DNA of 29,835 nucleotides from Acidimicrobiia bacterium. GTDB lineage: Bacteria > Actinomycetota > Acidimicrobiia > Acidimicrobiales > Ilumatobacteraceae. A model generated the notes under the pieces. The model ran no database searches and was not told where the DNA came from. It saw only the letters and a list, made by a program, of their open reading frames with translations. Positions 8,588 to 17,584 of the stretch are shown in pieces. A program made the translations under genes and the position numbers. Within the stretch, counting starts at the first letter, position 1. Each line of letters begins with the position of its first letter. The stretch lies in the NCBI GenBank assembly GCA_013811855.1, contig JACCUL010000103.1:1-29835 (forward strand). The letters run 5' to 3'.

Positions 8588-11017
8588 GTGGCCAACCCCA
8601 TCCGCGTGTCGGGTCTCATCTCCGGGACCGAGCGCACGCTCACCTTCGAGACCGGCAAGCTGGCGCCGCAGAGCCAGGGCGCCGTCATGGCGTCCATCGG
8701 CACCACGTCGGTGCTCACGACGGCCAACGCGTCGCGTGACATCCGCCCCGGGATCGACTTCTTCCCCCTGACCGTCGACGTCGAGGAGCGGGCGTACGCC
8801 GCCGGCAAGATCCCCGGCTCGTTCTTCCGTCGGGAGGGCCGCCCGACCGAGGACGCCGTCCTCACCTGCCGCCTGACCGACCGGCCCTTGCGCCCGTCGT
8901 TCGCCGACGGCTATCGCAACGAGACCCAGGTCGTCACCACGGTCCTCGGGGCCGATCAGGAGAACCCGCACGACGTCTTGTCGATCAACGCCGCGTCGGC
9001 GGCGCTGATGATCAGCGGCATCCCGTTCGAGGGCCCGATCGGCGCCGTCCGCCTGGCCTACACCACCGATGGTGAGTGGATCCCGCACCCGACGTACGCC
9101 GAGGGTGAGGCGAGCACGTTCGAGCTCGTCGTCGCCGGGCGTGAGCTCGCCGACGGCGACGTCGCCATCATGATGGTCGAGGCCGGCGGCAGTGTGAAGA
9201 GCTTCGAGTACTACGACGAGGGTGCGCCGAAGGTCGACGAGACCGCCCTGGCCGGCGGCCTCGAAGCGTCCAAGCAGTGGATCAAGGAGTCGATCTCCCT
9301 GCAGCGCCAGCTCGTGGCCAGCGTGATCGCCACCAACGGCCCGATCGAGCCGCTGCCGTTCGTGCCCGTCGTCGACTACGGCAAGGACGTGTTCGACGCC
9401 GTCGAACGGACGACCACCGACGAGATGACGCACGCCGCCACGATCTCCGGCAAGTCCGAGCGCAACGCGCTCATCGACCTGGCCGCCGACAAGGCGATCA
9501 AGGAGCTGTGCGGCACCGAGGAGGCGCCCGGCGAGTTCGCAGGCCGCGAGAAGGAAGTCCGAGAGGCCATCCGCGCGCTGAGCAAGAAGCTCGTCCGCAA
9601 GCGCATCGTCGAGGACGGCATCCGCATCGACGGTCGCGCCGCAACCGACCTGCGCCCGGTGACGGCCGAGGTCGGCGTCCTGCCGACCGCCCACGGCTCG
9701 GGCCTGTTCCAGCGCGGCGAGACCCAGGTGCTCAACGTCTGCACGCTGGCCATGCCACGCATGAACCAGCTCCTCGACACGCTGTCGCCGGAGACGACGA
9801 AGCGCTACCTGCACCACTACAACATGCCGCCGTGGGCCAACGGCGAGACCGGTCGGGTCGGTTCGCCCAAGCGCCGCGAGATCGGCCACGGTGCGCTCGC
9901 CGCCCGGGCCGTGCTGCCGGTCGTGCCGAGCCAGGAGGCGTTCGCCTACACGCTGCGCCTCGTGTCCGAGGTGATGAGCTCGAACGGGTCGACGTCGATG
10001 GCGTCGGTGTGCGCGTCGAGCCTGTCGCTGATGGACGCCGGTGTGCCGATCAAGGCGCCGGTGGCGGGCATCGCCATGGGCCTCGTGTTCGCCGACGGGA
10101 AGTACACGACGCTGACCGACATCCTCGGGGCCGAGGATGCCTTCGGCGACATGGACTTCAAGGTCGCCGGCACCGCTGACGCGGTGACCGCCCTCCAGCT
10201 CGACACGAAGATCGACGGCATCCCCGCCGACGTCCTCGCCGCCGCGCTGGAGCAGGCCAAGGTGGCCCGTCTGGAGATCCTCGACGTGATGAACGCGGCG
10301 ATCGCCGCTCCCCGCGAGGAAGTCGCGGCGACGGCGCCGAAGATCACGACGATCATCATCCCGATCGACAAGGTCGGCGAGGTCATCGGGCCCAAGGGCA
10401 AGGTCATCAACACGATCCAGTCCGAGACCGGCGCCGACATCAGCGTCGACGACGACGGGGCCCAGGGCATCGTCACCATCGGCGCCGTCGAGGCGTGGCG
10501 GATGGAGGAGGCCAAGGCCGCCATCCTCGCCATCGTCGACCCGCCCAAGGCCGAGCTCGGCAAGGTGTACACCGGCCGCGTCGTCAACATCACGAAGTTC
10601 GGCGCGTTCGTCAACATCCTCCCCGGGCGCGACGGCCTGGTGCACATCTCCAAGCTCGGTCGGGGCAAGCGGATCAACGCCGTCGAGGACGTGCTGTCGC
10701 TCGGCGACGTGATCGACGTCCGCGTCGAGGAGATCGACGACAAGGGCAAGGTCAGCCTGACCCCGGCCGGCGACGAGCCGGTCGGCGGCGGATCGGCGCC
10801 AACCCGTGACGCCGCCCCGTCGGCGTCCCCTGCCTCGTCCGGCAACGGCGAGAGCGATGTCGTCAGCGTGTCCTTCGAGGACACGTTCGACGCCGAGCTG
10901 GCCGACGAGCTGGGCGACCTCGGCCCGAACGCCCCGCGGGAGCGCAGCGACGCCGGCACCGGCGGTCGCGGTGGCAACCGCGGTGAAGGAGACCGAGGGC
11001 GTCGGCGCCATCGCTAA
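8588..11017 (+). CDS. pnp: Polyribonucleotide nucleotidyltransferase (PNPase), 809 aa
   Basis: IDFFPLTVDVEER, FFRREGRP, RREIGHG, SNGSTSMAS, DMDFKVAGT, KH (VIGPKGKVI) and S1 (FGAFVNI) domains; SD AAAGGAG before GTG 8588. Confidence 0.98.
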   Translation: MANPIRVSGLISGTERTLTFETGKLAPQSQGAVMASIGTTSVLTTANASRDIRPGIDFFPLTVDVEERAYAAGKIPGSFFRREGRPTEDAVLTCRLTDRPLRPSFADGYRNETQVVTTVLGADQENPHDVLSINAASAALMISGIPFEGPIGAVRLAYTTDGEWIPHPTYAEGEASTFELVVAGRELADGDVAIMMVEAGGSVKSFEYYDEGAPKVDETALAGGLEASKQWIKESISLQRQLVASVIATNGPIEPLPFVPVVDYGKDVFDAVERTTTDEMTHAATISGKSERNALIDLAADKAIKELCGTEEAPGEFAGREKEVREAIRALSKKLVRKRIVEDGIRIDGRAATDLRPVTAEVGVLPTAHGSGLFQRGETQVLNVCTLAMPRMNQLLDTLSPETTKRYLHHYNMPPWANGETGRVGSPKRREIGHGALAARAVLPVVPSQEAFAYTLRLVSEVMSSNGSTSMASVCASSLSLMDAGVPIKAPVAGIAMGLVFADGKYTTLTDILGAEDAFGDMDFKVAGTADAVTALQLDTKIDGIPADVLAAALEQAKVARLEILDVMNAAIAAPREEVAATAPKITTIIIPIDKVGEVIGPKGKVINTIQSETGADISVDDDGAQGIVTIGAVEAWRMEEAKAAILAIVDPPKAELGKVYTGRVVNITKFGAFVNILPGRDGLVHISKLGRGKRINAVEDVLSLGDVIDVRVEEIDDKGKVSLTPAGDEPVGGGSAPTRDAAPSASPASSGNGESDVVSVSFEDTFDAELADELGDLGPNAPRERSDAGTGGRGGNRGEGDRGRRRHR

Positions 11018-11030
11018 TGATGATGGTGTG

Positions 11031-12260
11031 ATGGACGAGCGTGTCTCCACGCTGTCGAACGGTTTGACGATCGCCACCGATCGCGTCCCTGGGGCGCGGT
11101 CGGTGGCGATCGGCGTCTGGGTCGCCGTCGGGTCCCGCGACGAGCCGCCCGAGCTGTCGGGCGTCAGCCACTTCCTCGAGCACCTGCTGTTCAAGGGCAC
11201 GCCGACCCGCTCGGCGGTGGACATCTCCCGCGCCGTCGACCGCGTCGGCGGCGACATCAACGCCTTCACGTCGAAGGAGTACACCGCCTACTACTGCCGC
11301 ATGCCGCGGCGTCACGCAGGCGTCGGCTTCGAGCTGCTCGGCGACGTGCTGACGGCGTCGACGATCGCCGCCGACGACGTCGAGAGCGAGCGTCAGGTGA
11401 TCCTGGAGGAGCTGGCCATGGACGACGACTCGCCCGACGACGTCGCGCTGCGCCAGCTCGGCCGCCAGCTCTTCGGGGATCACGGCCTCGGCCGCGACAC
11501 CGCCGGTGGCCGGGCCACCGTACGGTCGATCACGCCTGACGACGTGCGGCAGTTCTTCGGCGAGCACTACCGCACCGGCGCCACCGTCGTGGCCGCCGCC
11601 GGCGACATCGACCACGAGCACGTCGTCGACCGAATCGCCGAGGCGTTCGGGCCGATGGCCGCCGGCGACGGTCGCATCGCCCGTGCGGCACCGGGCGCCC
11701 CGGAGGACGACATGACGATCGACGACGACTCCGAGCAGATCCACCTGGCCATCGGCGGGCGATCCGTACCGCGGGAGGATCCGGACCGGGAAGCGCTCGA
11801 TGTCGTCAACCACGTCTTCGGCGGCGGGTTGTCGAGCCGGCTCTTCGACGAGATCCGCGAGCGCCGCGGGCTCGCCTACAGCGTCTACTCGGCGACGTCG
11901 GCCTACGCCGATGCCGGCGCGTGGTCCGTGTACGCCGGCACGATGCCGGAGCACGCACCGACCGTGCGATCGCTGATCGGCGCCGAGCTCGACCGATTGG
12001 TCGCCGACGGCATCACCGACGAGGAGCTGGAGGTCGCCGCCGGCTACCTGGTCGGCGCCTACGAGATGGGGCTCGAGGACACCGGCGCCCGCATGTCCCG
12101 CTTGGGTGGGATGCTGGCGACCATGGGTCGGGTGCGTCCAGTCGATGAGCAGATCCGTCGCTGGGAACAGGTCGATCACAGCGCCGTGCGGCGGGTCATC
12201 GACCGGGTCTACGGCGCGGCCGCGCCGGTGACGGTGGCGGTGGGGCCGGTGGGCTCGTGA
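11031..12260 (+). CDS. M16 family zinc peptidase (pitrilysin-like)
   Basis: Inverted zincin motif HFLEH, INAFTSKEYT, GGGLSSRLFDEIRERRGLAYSV; usual neighbour of pnp and dapB. Confidence 0.93.
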   Translation: MDERVSTLSNGLTIATDRVPGARSVAIGVWVAVGSRDEPPELSGVSHFLEHLLFKGTPTRSAVDISRAVDRVGGDINAFTSKEYTAYYCRMPRRHAGVGFELLGDVLTASTIAADDVESERQVILEELAMDDDSPDDVALRQLGRQLFGDHGLGRDTAGGRATVRSITPDDVRQFFGEHYRTGATVVAAAGDIDHEHVVDRIAEAFGPMAAGDGRIARAAPGAPEDDMTIDDDSEQIHLAIGGRSVPREDPDREALDVVNHVFGGGLSSRLFDEIRERRGLAYSVYSATSAYADAGAWSVYAGTMPEHAPTVRSLIGAELDRLVADGITDEELEVAAGYLVGAYEMGLEDTGARMSRLGGMLATMGRVRPVDEQIRRWEQVDHSAVRRVIDRVYGAAAPVTVAVGPVGS

Positions 12261-13027
12261 TCAGGGTCGGTGTCAACGGCGCCGGTGGGCGGATGGGTGC
12301 CACGGTGTGCCGCGCCGTCGCCCTCGACCCGGACCTGGAGCTCGTCGCCGCCGTCGACCCGGGAGCCGTCGGCTCGACGGTGCAGGACACCACCATCGCC
12401 GGGGAATTGCGGGCCTTCGCCGACGCCGCGTGCGACGTCGTCGTCGACTTCACCGTGGCCGAGGCCGCCCGCGCCACGATCCCGTGGCTGGCGATGCACG
12501 GCATCCACGCCGTGGTCGGCACGACCGGGCTGACCGGGGACGACCTGGCGACGTTCGCCGGCGAGTTCGGCGCCGGCGGGCCGAACTGCGTCGTCGCCGC
12601 CAACTTCTCGATCTCGGCAGTGCTCATGATGCGCTTCGCCGAGATCGCCGCGCCGTTCTTCGACACCGCCGAGATCGTCGAGCTGCACCACGACACGAAG
12701 GCCGACGCCCCGTCCGGGACGGCGCTCGCCACCGCCGAGCGCATGGCCGCGGCCTCCGACCAGTGGGCCGCCGACCCGACGCAGACCGAGACGCTCGCCG
12801 GCGCCCGGGGCGGCGTCGGCCCGGCCGGCATCCACGTCCACGCCGTGCGGATGCGCGGGATGGTCGCCCACCAGGAGGTCATCCTCGGCGCCATCGGCCA
12901 GTCGCTGACCATCCGCCAGGACAGCTACGACCGCGACAGCTTCATGCCCGGCGTGCTGCTGGCCTGCAAGCACGTCGCCGAGCAGGACGGCGTGACCATC
13001 GGGTTGGACCGCCTCCTCGAGCTGTAG
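12257..13027 (+). CDS. dapB: 4-hydroxy-tetrahydrodipicolinate reductase
   Basis: GVNGAGGRMG, VVGTTG, EIVELHHDTKADAPSGTA, FMPGVLLA; GTGA overlap. Confidence 0.97.
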   Translation: MIRVGVNGAGGRMGATVCRAVALDPDLELVAAVDPGAVGSTVQDTTIAGELRAFADAACDVVVDFTVAEAARATIPWLAMHGIHAVVGTTGLTGDDLATFAGEFGAGGPNCVVAANFSISAVLMMRFAEIAAPFFDTAEIVELHHDTKADAPSGTALATAERMAAASDQWAADPTQTETLAGARGGVGPAGIHVHAVRMRGMVAHQEVILGAIGQSLTIRQDSYDRDSFMPGVLLACKHVAEQDGVTIGLDRLLEL

Positions 13028-13053
13028 GCCACGGCCCGATGTACCGGTGTCGG

Positions 13054-14424
13054 TCAATCGGGCGAGCGGGCGACGGGCAGGGTGATCACCATCCGTGTGC
13101 CGGGCGTGTGATCGGTGTCGACGGCGATCGCGCCGCCGTGACGCTCGACGATCTCCTTGGCGATCGCCAGGCCGAGCCCGGTGCCGCCGGCTGAACGGGC
13201 GTCGTCGACGCGTGCGAAGCGTTCGAAGATCCGTGCTCGGTCGGCGACCGGTATTCCGGCACCGTCATCGGTTACCGCCAACCGCAACATCCCGTCGGTG
13301 GACTCCAGGCTGATCGACACGACATTGCTCGCGTGGCGGACGGCGTTGTCGGCCACGTTGGCGACGGCCCGGGCCAGTTGATCGGCGTGGCCGCGCACCG
13401 GGGTGGCCTCGATGGTCGCCACCTCGACCCGGACGTCGGGGCGCACCCTGGCGGTGCGTACGGCGCGGGCGACAACGCCGTCCAGGTCGACGATGTCAGC
13501 GAGCTCGTCAATCGGGGCGACGTTGCGCTGATCGTCGGCCGATGCCAGTACCAGGAGGTCGTCGACGAGGTGCTGCAGGCCGACCACCTCGTCGAGGACG
13601 CTGCGCTGGGTGGCGGCCGGATCGGCACCGGCCGGGTGGGCGATGTCGACTTCGAGCTCCGCGCGCATACGGGTGAGCGGACTGCGCAGCTCGTGGGAAG
13701 CATCGGCGACGAAACGACGCTGCCGCGCCGCGGCGTCCTGCATCCTCGCCAGCATCCCGTTCATGGTCGAGGCGAGGCGGGCGATCTCGTCGTCGCCTGC
13801 CGGCACCGGCACCCGGCGGTCGAGCTGATGTCCTCCGATGGAATCCACCTCGGCGCGGATCGCCTCCACTGGCCGCAAGGTGCGCCCGACGAGCCACCAC
13901 ACCAGGGCGGCGAGAAGCGCGACGATCACGGGCACGGCGAGGACCAACGAACGAGTGAGGCTGCGCACGCTCTCGTCGATGTCGTCGCGCGTGCCGGCAA
14001 CGTGCACCACGAACGTCCCGGCGGGTCCCGTCCCCCGAACCGATGCGACGCGAAAGACGGCGGGGTCGTGGGGAAGGCGGTCGACCGTGCGAACGGAGCG
14101 GTCGGCACCCTCCGGCGGCGGATCGGCGATCGGTGGGGCGTCGCGAAGGTTGGCGCTGGCCGCGATCACCGCGCCGTTCTCGTCCACGACCTGGGCCGCG
14201 GCGTCGTCCTCGCCGAGCCCCTCGATCGATGTGGCCCCGCGACCATTGGCCACATCGGCGCCGATCTCGACGGCGTGCTGGACGATCGACTCGTCGAGGT
14301 TCTCCGTCAGGACCCGGCGTTGCACGGCCACGAGCACCAGACCCGTGACGAGCAGGACCACGAGCACGACGCCCGTCGCGATCGCCGTCACCCGGAAGCG
14401 GATCGTTGACGGCACGCCCGTCAC
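13054..14424 (-). CDS. Membrane sensor histidine kinase (HAMP-HisKA-HATPase), 456 aa
   Basis: Two hydrophobic segments, HAMP (DEIARLASTMNGML), H-box ADASHELRSPLT, N-box NVADNAVRH, G-boxes DDGAGIP and GGTGLGLAI; GTGA overlap with the regulator gene. Confidence 0.95.
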   Translation of the reverse strand: MTGVPSTIRFRVTAIATGVVLVVLLVTGLVLVAVQRRVLTENLDESIVQHAVEIGADVANGRGATSIEGLGEDDAAAQVVDENGAVIAASANLRDAPPIADPPPEGADRSVRTVDRLPHDPAVFRVASVRGTGPAGTFVVHVAGTRDDIDESVRSLTRSLVLAVPVIVALLAALVWWLVGRTLRPVEAIRAEVDSIGGHQLDRRVPVPAGDDEIARLASTMNGMLARMQDAAARQRRFVADASHELRSPLTRMRAELEVDIAHPAGADPAATQRSVLDEVVGLQHLVDDLLVLASADDQRNVAPIDELADIVDLDGVVARAVRTARVRPDVRVEVATIEATPVRGHADQLARAVANVADNAVRHASNVVSISLESTDGMLRLAVTDDGAGIPVADRARIFERFARVDDARSAGGTGLGLAIAKEIVERHGGAIAVDTDHTPGTRMVITLPVARSPD

Positions 14425-15095
14425 CGGTTCTCCTCGAGGCGGTACCCGGCCCCGCGCAGCGTGGTGATCGTGTGCGTGGCCGCCGGATGGCCGAGCTTGC
14501 GGCGCAGCCGGCCCACGTAGACCTCGACGATGTTGGGATCCCCCAGGAAGTCGTCCTCCCAGACGCCGGCGAGGATCTCGTCCTTGTTGACGACCTGGCC
14601 GGCCCGGCGCACGAGGAACTCGAGCACGTCGAACTCGCGCGCCGTCAACTCGACCTCGATCCCTGCGCACCAGACTCGTCGGGCCGCCGGCTCGATGCGC
14701 AGGTCGCCGACGTCGACCGGTGTCGGATCGCGACCGGCGGCGCGCCGCAGCAAGGCGCGGATGCGGGCCACGAGCACGGGGAACGAGAACGGCTTGCTGA
14801 GGAAGTCGTCGGCGCCGGTGTCGAGCATCTCCGCCTCGTCGAGATCCCCCGACTTGGCCGTCAGGACGAGGATCGGCGTCCAGTTCTCGGCGGCCCGGAG
14901 GTCGGCGCAGAGGCGGAACCCGTTGCGGCGCGGCAGCATGACGTCGAGCACGATCAGGTCGTAGGTGTTCTCGCTGGCCCGCCACCACCCCTCGTCGCCG
15001 TCGCCGGCGATCTCCACGGTGAAGCCCTCGGCCGTCAAGCCGCGCGCAACGGCGGCGGCGATCTTCACGTCGTCCTCGACCACCAGCAGCTTCAC
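14421..15095 (-). CDS. OmpR/PhoB-family response regulator
   Basis: LLVVEDD, LDVMLP (phospho-Asp), GADDFLSKPF, winged helix NIVEVYVGRLRRKL and TLRGAGY. Confidence 0.96.
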   Translation of the reverse strand: MKLLVVEDDVKIAAAVARGLTAEGFTVEIAGDGDEGWWRASENTYDLIVLDVMLPRRNGFRLCADLRAAENWTPILVLTAKSGDLDEAEMLDTGADDFLSKPFSFPVLVARIRALLRRAAGRDPTPVDVGDLRIEPAARRVWCAGIEVELTAREFDVLEFLVRRAGQVVNKDEILAGVWEDDFLGDPNIVEVYVGRLRRKLGHPAATHTITTLRGAGYRLEENR

Positions 15096-15139
15096 GGCCT
15101 CGTCTCTCGTTCCTCGACGGCGCCAGTGTGCCCCGCCTG

Positions 15140-15178
15140 GCTGAACCGGGCCTGAACATCACTCAGACCCGGTTCAGC
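15140..15178. promoter_or_regulatory. Palindromic pair of TCAG-N7-TCAG direct-repeat boxes (candidate response-regulator site; may also act as terminator of the upstream gene)
   Basis: gCTGA-accgggc-CTGA-acatcac-TCAG-acccggt-TCAGc; the minus-strand box is 10 nt upstream of CACACT (15130-15125). Confidence 0.6.
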
Positions 15179-15188
15179 GGCGGGCAGT

Positions 15189-16409
15189 TCACCGGCAGTC
15201 GTCGTCGTCCAGACGCTCGGCGATGGCGTCGAGGATGACTCGGTCGCTGGCGACGCCGACACCGTCGTGCTCGCTCCGATCGAGGCGCAGTTGGCGAGCC
15301 CATGCCTCGAGTCGACGATGGTCGATCCGCGCCGGCGAGCTGTACTGCAGGCGCAGGTCCAACGCGGCGAGCTCCACGTCGATGGCGGCCTGGCGCACGT
15401 CGCCGCGCTGGCGATCGGCGACCGCTTCCTGCAAGCCGCCGAGGGCGTCGTCCATCTGCTCGGCGAGCAGCGGCGGGACCGGTCGAGCGAAGTCCCCCCA
15501 CGACGACGTCATCCTGCCCACCTTGGCGGCGAGCCGCCGCCAGCTCGCCGAGGGCGCGTCAGCGAACACTCGAGCGGCATCGTGGGAGAGCTGGCGCAGC
15601 CGCGGCGGCGTGGCCCCGCCGATGCTGTCCGTCGGAACGGCGACGGCGACGGTCACCAGTTCGTCCTCGACGGGGACGTGGGCCGAGAACTCGCCGTAGC
15701 CGGGCGCGAACGTCTTGTCCTCGAGCGTGCCGTCGGACAGGCGCTCCTGCACGACGATGGCGCCGTGCACCGGGCCCCGTGGTCCGGCGACGGTCTGGTC
15801 GATCGCTTTGACGGTGACCTCTTCGAAGACCAGGCCGGGGATGTTCTCGGGCCGGTACACGTCGCCGACCTGGGGGTCGGAGGGCATGATCATCCCGGGC
15901 GGCCCGTCGCGGCCGGCCAGCCACGTCCCGTCGTGGTTGTCGAGCACGCCGTCGGCGTAGTTGGCGACGTGCTCGCCGAAGTACCACACCGCGCCGTCGT
16001 CGGCCTGGGCGAAGTAGTCGTAGGCCACCTCGGCGATCTGGCCGTCCGAGTAGGCGACGAACTGCGAGACAACGGTCTCGATGCGCTGCCCCCGCCAGTG
16101 GAACACCTTGATCTCGTCGATCAGCGTGATCTCGTGGCGCAGCGACGCGTCGGCCTCGTGCCCCAATTGGACCGCCTGCGTCACCCGCGTGATCGGGAAC
16201 AGCGGGTTGGTGATCCTGGTGGGGTGCGAGAACACCGGTCGGTCGCGGTCCACGCGGTCCGCCGGAGCGCTGACCCCCTCTGGCACCGGCGCGGCACGCG
16301 CCGATCCGACGGCCAGCGGTGCGGCGAGCAGGGCGGCGATGCCGAGCGGTAGGGCGAACCGCAGGGGCGGTCGACGGCGGTCGTCGCGGGAACGGTGAAG
16401 TACGGGCAT
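15189..16409 (-). CDS. Exported protein of unknown function (beta-rich conserved domain plus helical C-terminal extension), 406 aa
   Basis: Signal peptide (RRRPPLRFALPLGIAALLAAPLAVGSARA); motifs YFAQADDGAVWYFGE, WLAGRDGPPGMIMP and GDVYRPE shared with 16579-17562; GGAG before ATG 16409. Confidence 0.8.
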   Translation of the reverse strand: MPVLHRSRDDRRRPPLRFALPLGIAALLAAPLAVGSARAAPVPEGVSAPADRVDRDRPVFSHPTRITNPLFPITRVTQAVQLGHEADASLRHEITLIDEIKVFHWRGQRIETVVSQFVAYSDGQIAEVAYDYFAQADDGAVWYFGEHVANYADGVLDNHDGTWLAGRDGPPGMIMPSDPQVGDVYRPENIPGLVFEEVTVKAIDQTVAGPRGPVHGAIVVQERLSDGTLEDKTFAPGYGEFSAHVPVEDELVTVAVAVPTDSIGGATPPRLRQLSHDAARVFADAPSASWRRLAAKVGRMTSSWGDFARPVPPLLAEQMDDALGGLQEAVADRQRGDVRQAAIDVELAALDLRLQYSSPARIDHRRLEAWARQLRLDRSEHDGVGVASDRVILDAIAERLDDDDCR

Positions 16410-16485
16410 GATCTGCTCCATCACGTGTGCGCCGGATGCGCCGAGTGCGCAGCCGTGCGGTCGAGGTCCACCATGTCCGGCGCTC

Positions 16486-16534
16486 GCTGACTTCGGCCTG
16501 AACGGGGGGTGGAGCCGTTCAGCCGGCCGTCAGC
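16486..16534. promoter_or_regulatory. Second palindromic pair of TCAG-N7-TCAG boxes in the divergent promoter region
   Basis: gCTGA-cttcggc-CTGA-(17 nt)-TCAG-ccggccg-TCAGc; each box is 11 nt upstream of a CANNNT hexamer (minus CATGGT 16475-16470, plus CACGAT 16545-16550). Confidence 0.6.
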
Positions 16535-16578
16535 GACGGTGGGTCACGATCGAGGAGCGCAATGCACAGGAGGAGCCG

Positions 16579-17562
16579 ATGATGTCGAGAAGCCCACGTA
16601 CCCTCGCCTCCACCGGGAGGATCGCGTCGACGGTCGCGCTCGGCGTCGCCGTGCTCGCCGGCTGTGGCGACGACGCGCCTGACACCGGCGGGCCGAGCAC
16701 GGTGCCCGCGGCGGTGGCCACCACGGTCGACACGCCCACGACGGTCGCCACCCCCGCTGCGCCCGAGGCCAGCACGACGGTCGGAGCCGCCACCACGGTC
16801 GAACCCGCCACCACGGTCGAACCCACCACCACGGCCGCGCCGAGCACGACCGTCGGGCCCGCCACGACGGTCCCCGGTTCGCAGCCGGGTGGTGGCGGGA
16901 TCGAGCCCATCGACCCGGGTGACGGCGGGGTCTATGAGCCAGTGCTCGAACCGGCCGACTTCGTCGACGTGGTCGACCACCCCTACTTCCCTCTGGCGGT
17001 CGGGAGCCGGTGGGTCTACGAGGGCGAGGACGACGGCGAGGTGGAGCGGGTCGAGGTCGTCGTGACCGGCCGGCGCCGAGAGATCCTCGGCATCTCGGCG
17101 ACCGTGGTGCGCGACACCGTGTACGTCGACGGGGAGCTCGCCGAGGACACGTTCGACTGGTTCGCCCAGGATCGCGATGGCAACGTCTGGTACCTCGGGG
17201 AGGACACCCGGGAGTTCGAGAACGGCGTCGCCGTCAGCGCGGCAGGGGCGTGGGAGGCCGGAATCGACGGCGCCAAGCCGGGCATCGTCATGCTCGCCGA
17301 ACCCGCCTCGGGTGACGCGTACCGCCAGGAGCTCTACGAGGGTGAGGCCGAAGACATGGCCCGCGTCGTCGACGTCGCCGCCGAGCGAACGGTCCCCACG
17401 GGGACGTACCAGGACGTCCTCGTGACCGAGGACTGGAACCCCCTCGATCCCGATGTGTTCGAGGAGAAGTGGTACGCCGCGGGCGTCGGGTTGATCGGTG
17501 AGCGCAAGCTCACTGGCGGCAAGGGCCGCGTCGAGCTGATCGAGTTCACGGCGGGCGGGTGA
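16579..17562 (+). CDS. Lipoprotein of unknown function, paralogue of 15189-16409, 327 aa
   Basis: SD AGGAGG, lipobox VLAGC, Thr-rich linker, WFAQDRDGNVWYLGE, WEAGIDGAKPGIVM, GDAYRQE, EEKWYAAGVG. Confidence 0.85.
   Translation: MMSRSPRTLASTGRIASTVALGVAVLAGCGDDAPDTGGPSTVPAAVATTVDTPTTVATPAAPEASTTVGAATTVEPATTVEPTTTAAPSTTVGPATTVPGSQPGGGGIEPIDPGDGGVYEPVLEPADFVDVVDHPYFPLAVGSRWVYEGEDDGEVERVEVVVTGRRREILGISATVVRDTVYVDGELAEDTFDWFAQDRDGNVWYLGEDTREFENGVAVSAAGAWEAGIDGAKPGIVMLAEPASGDAYRQELYEGEAEDMARVVDVAAERTVPTGTYQDVLVTEDWNPLDPDVFEEKWYAAGVGLIGERKLTGGKGRVELIEFTAGG
16771..16878 (+). repeat. In-frame 18-bp tandem repeat, 6 units (STTVGA ATTVEP ATTVEP TTTAAP STTVGP ATTVPG)
   Basis: Units 2 and 3 are identical (GCCACCACGGTCGAACCC); the array encodes the lipoprotein linker. 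Confidence 0.8.
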
Positions 17563-17584
17563 CGGTCACGCCGCGGTGACCGTC
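17561..17584. terminator. Hairpin spanning the junction of two convergent genes
   Basis: GACGGTCAC-GCCGCG-GTGACCGTC, perfect 9-bp stem overlapping both gene ends. Confidence 0.5.

Noticed and set aside
8435-11284. 949-aa antisense ORF over pnp, and other long shadow ORFs (539-1573, 12196-13057, 19426-20874, 25782-27338)
   Set aside because: These mirror real genes in high-GC DNA, where stops are rare in alternate frames; no recognisable motifs or translation signals.
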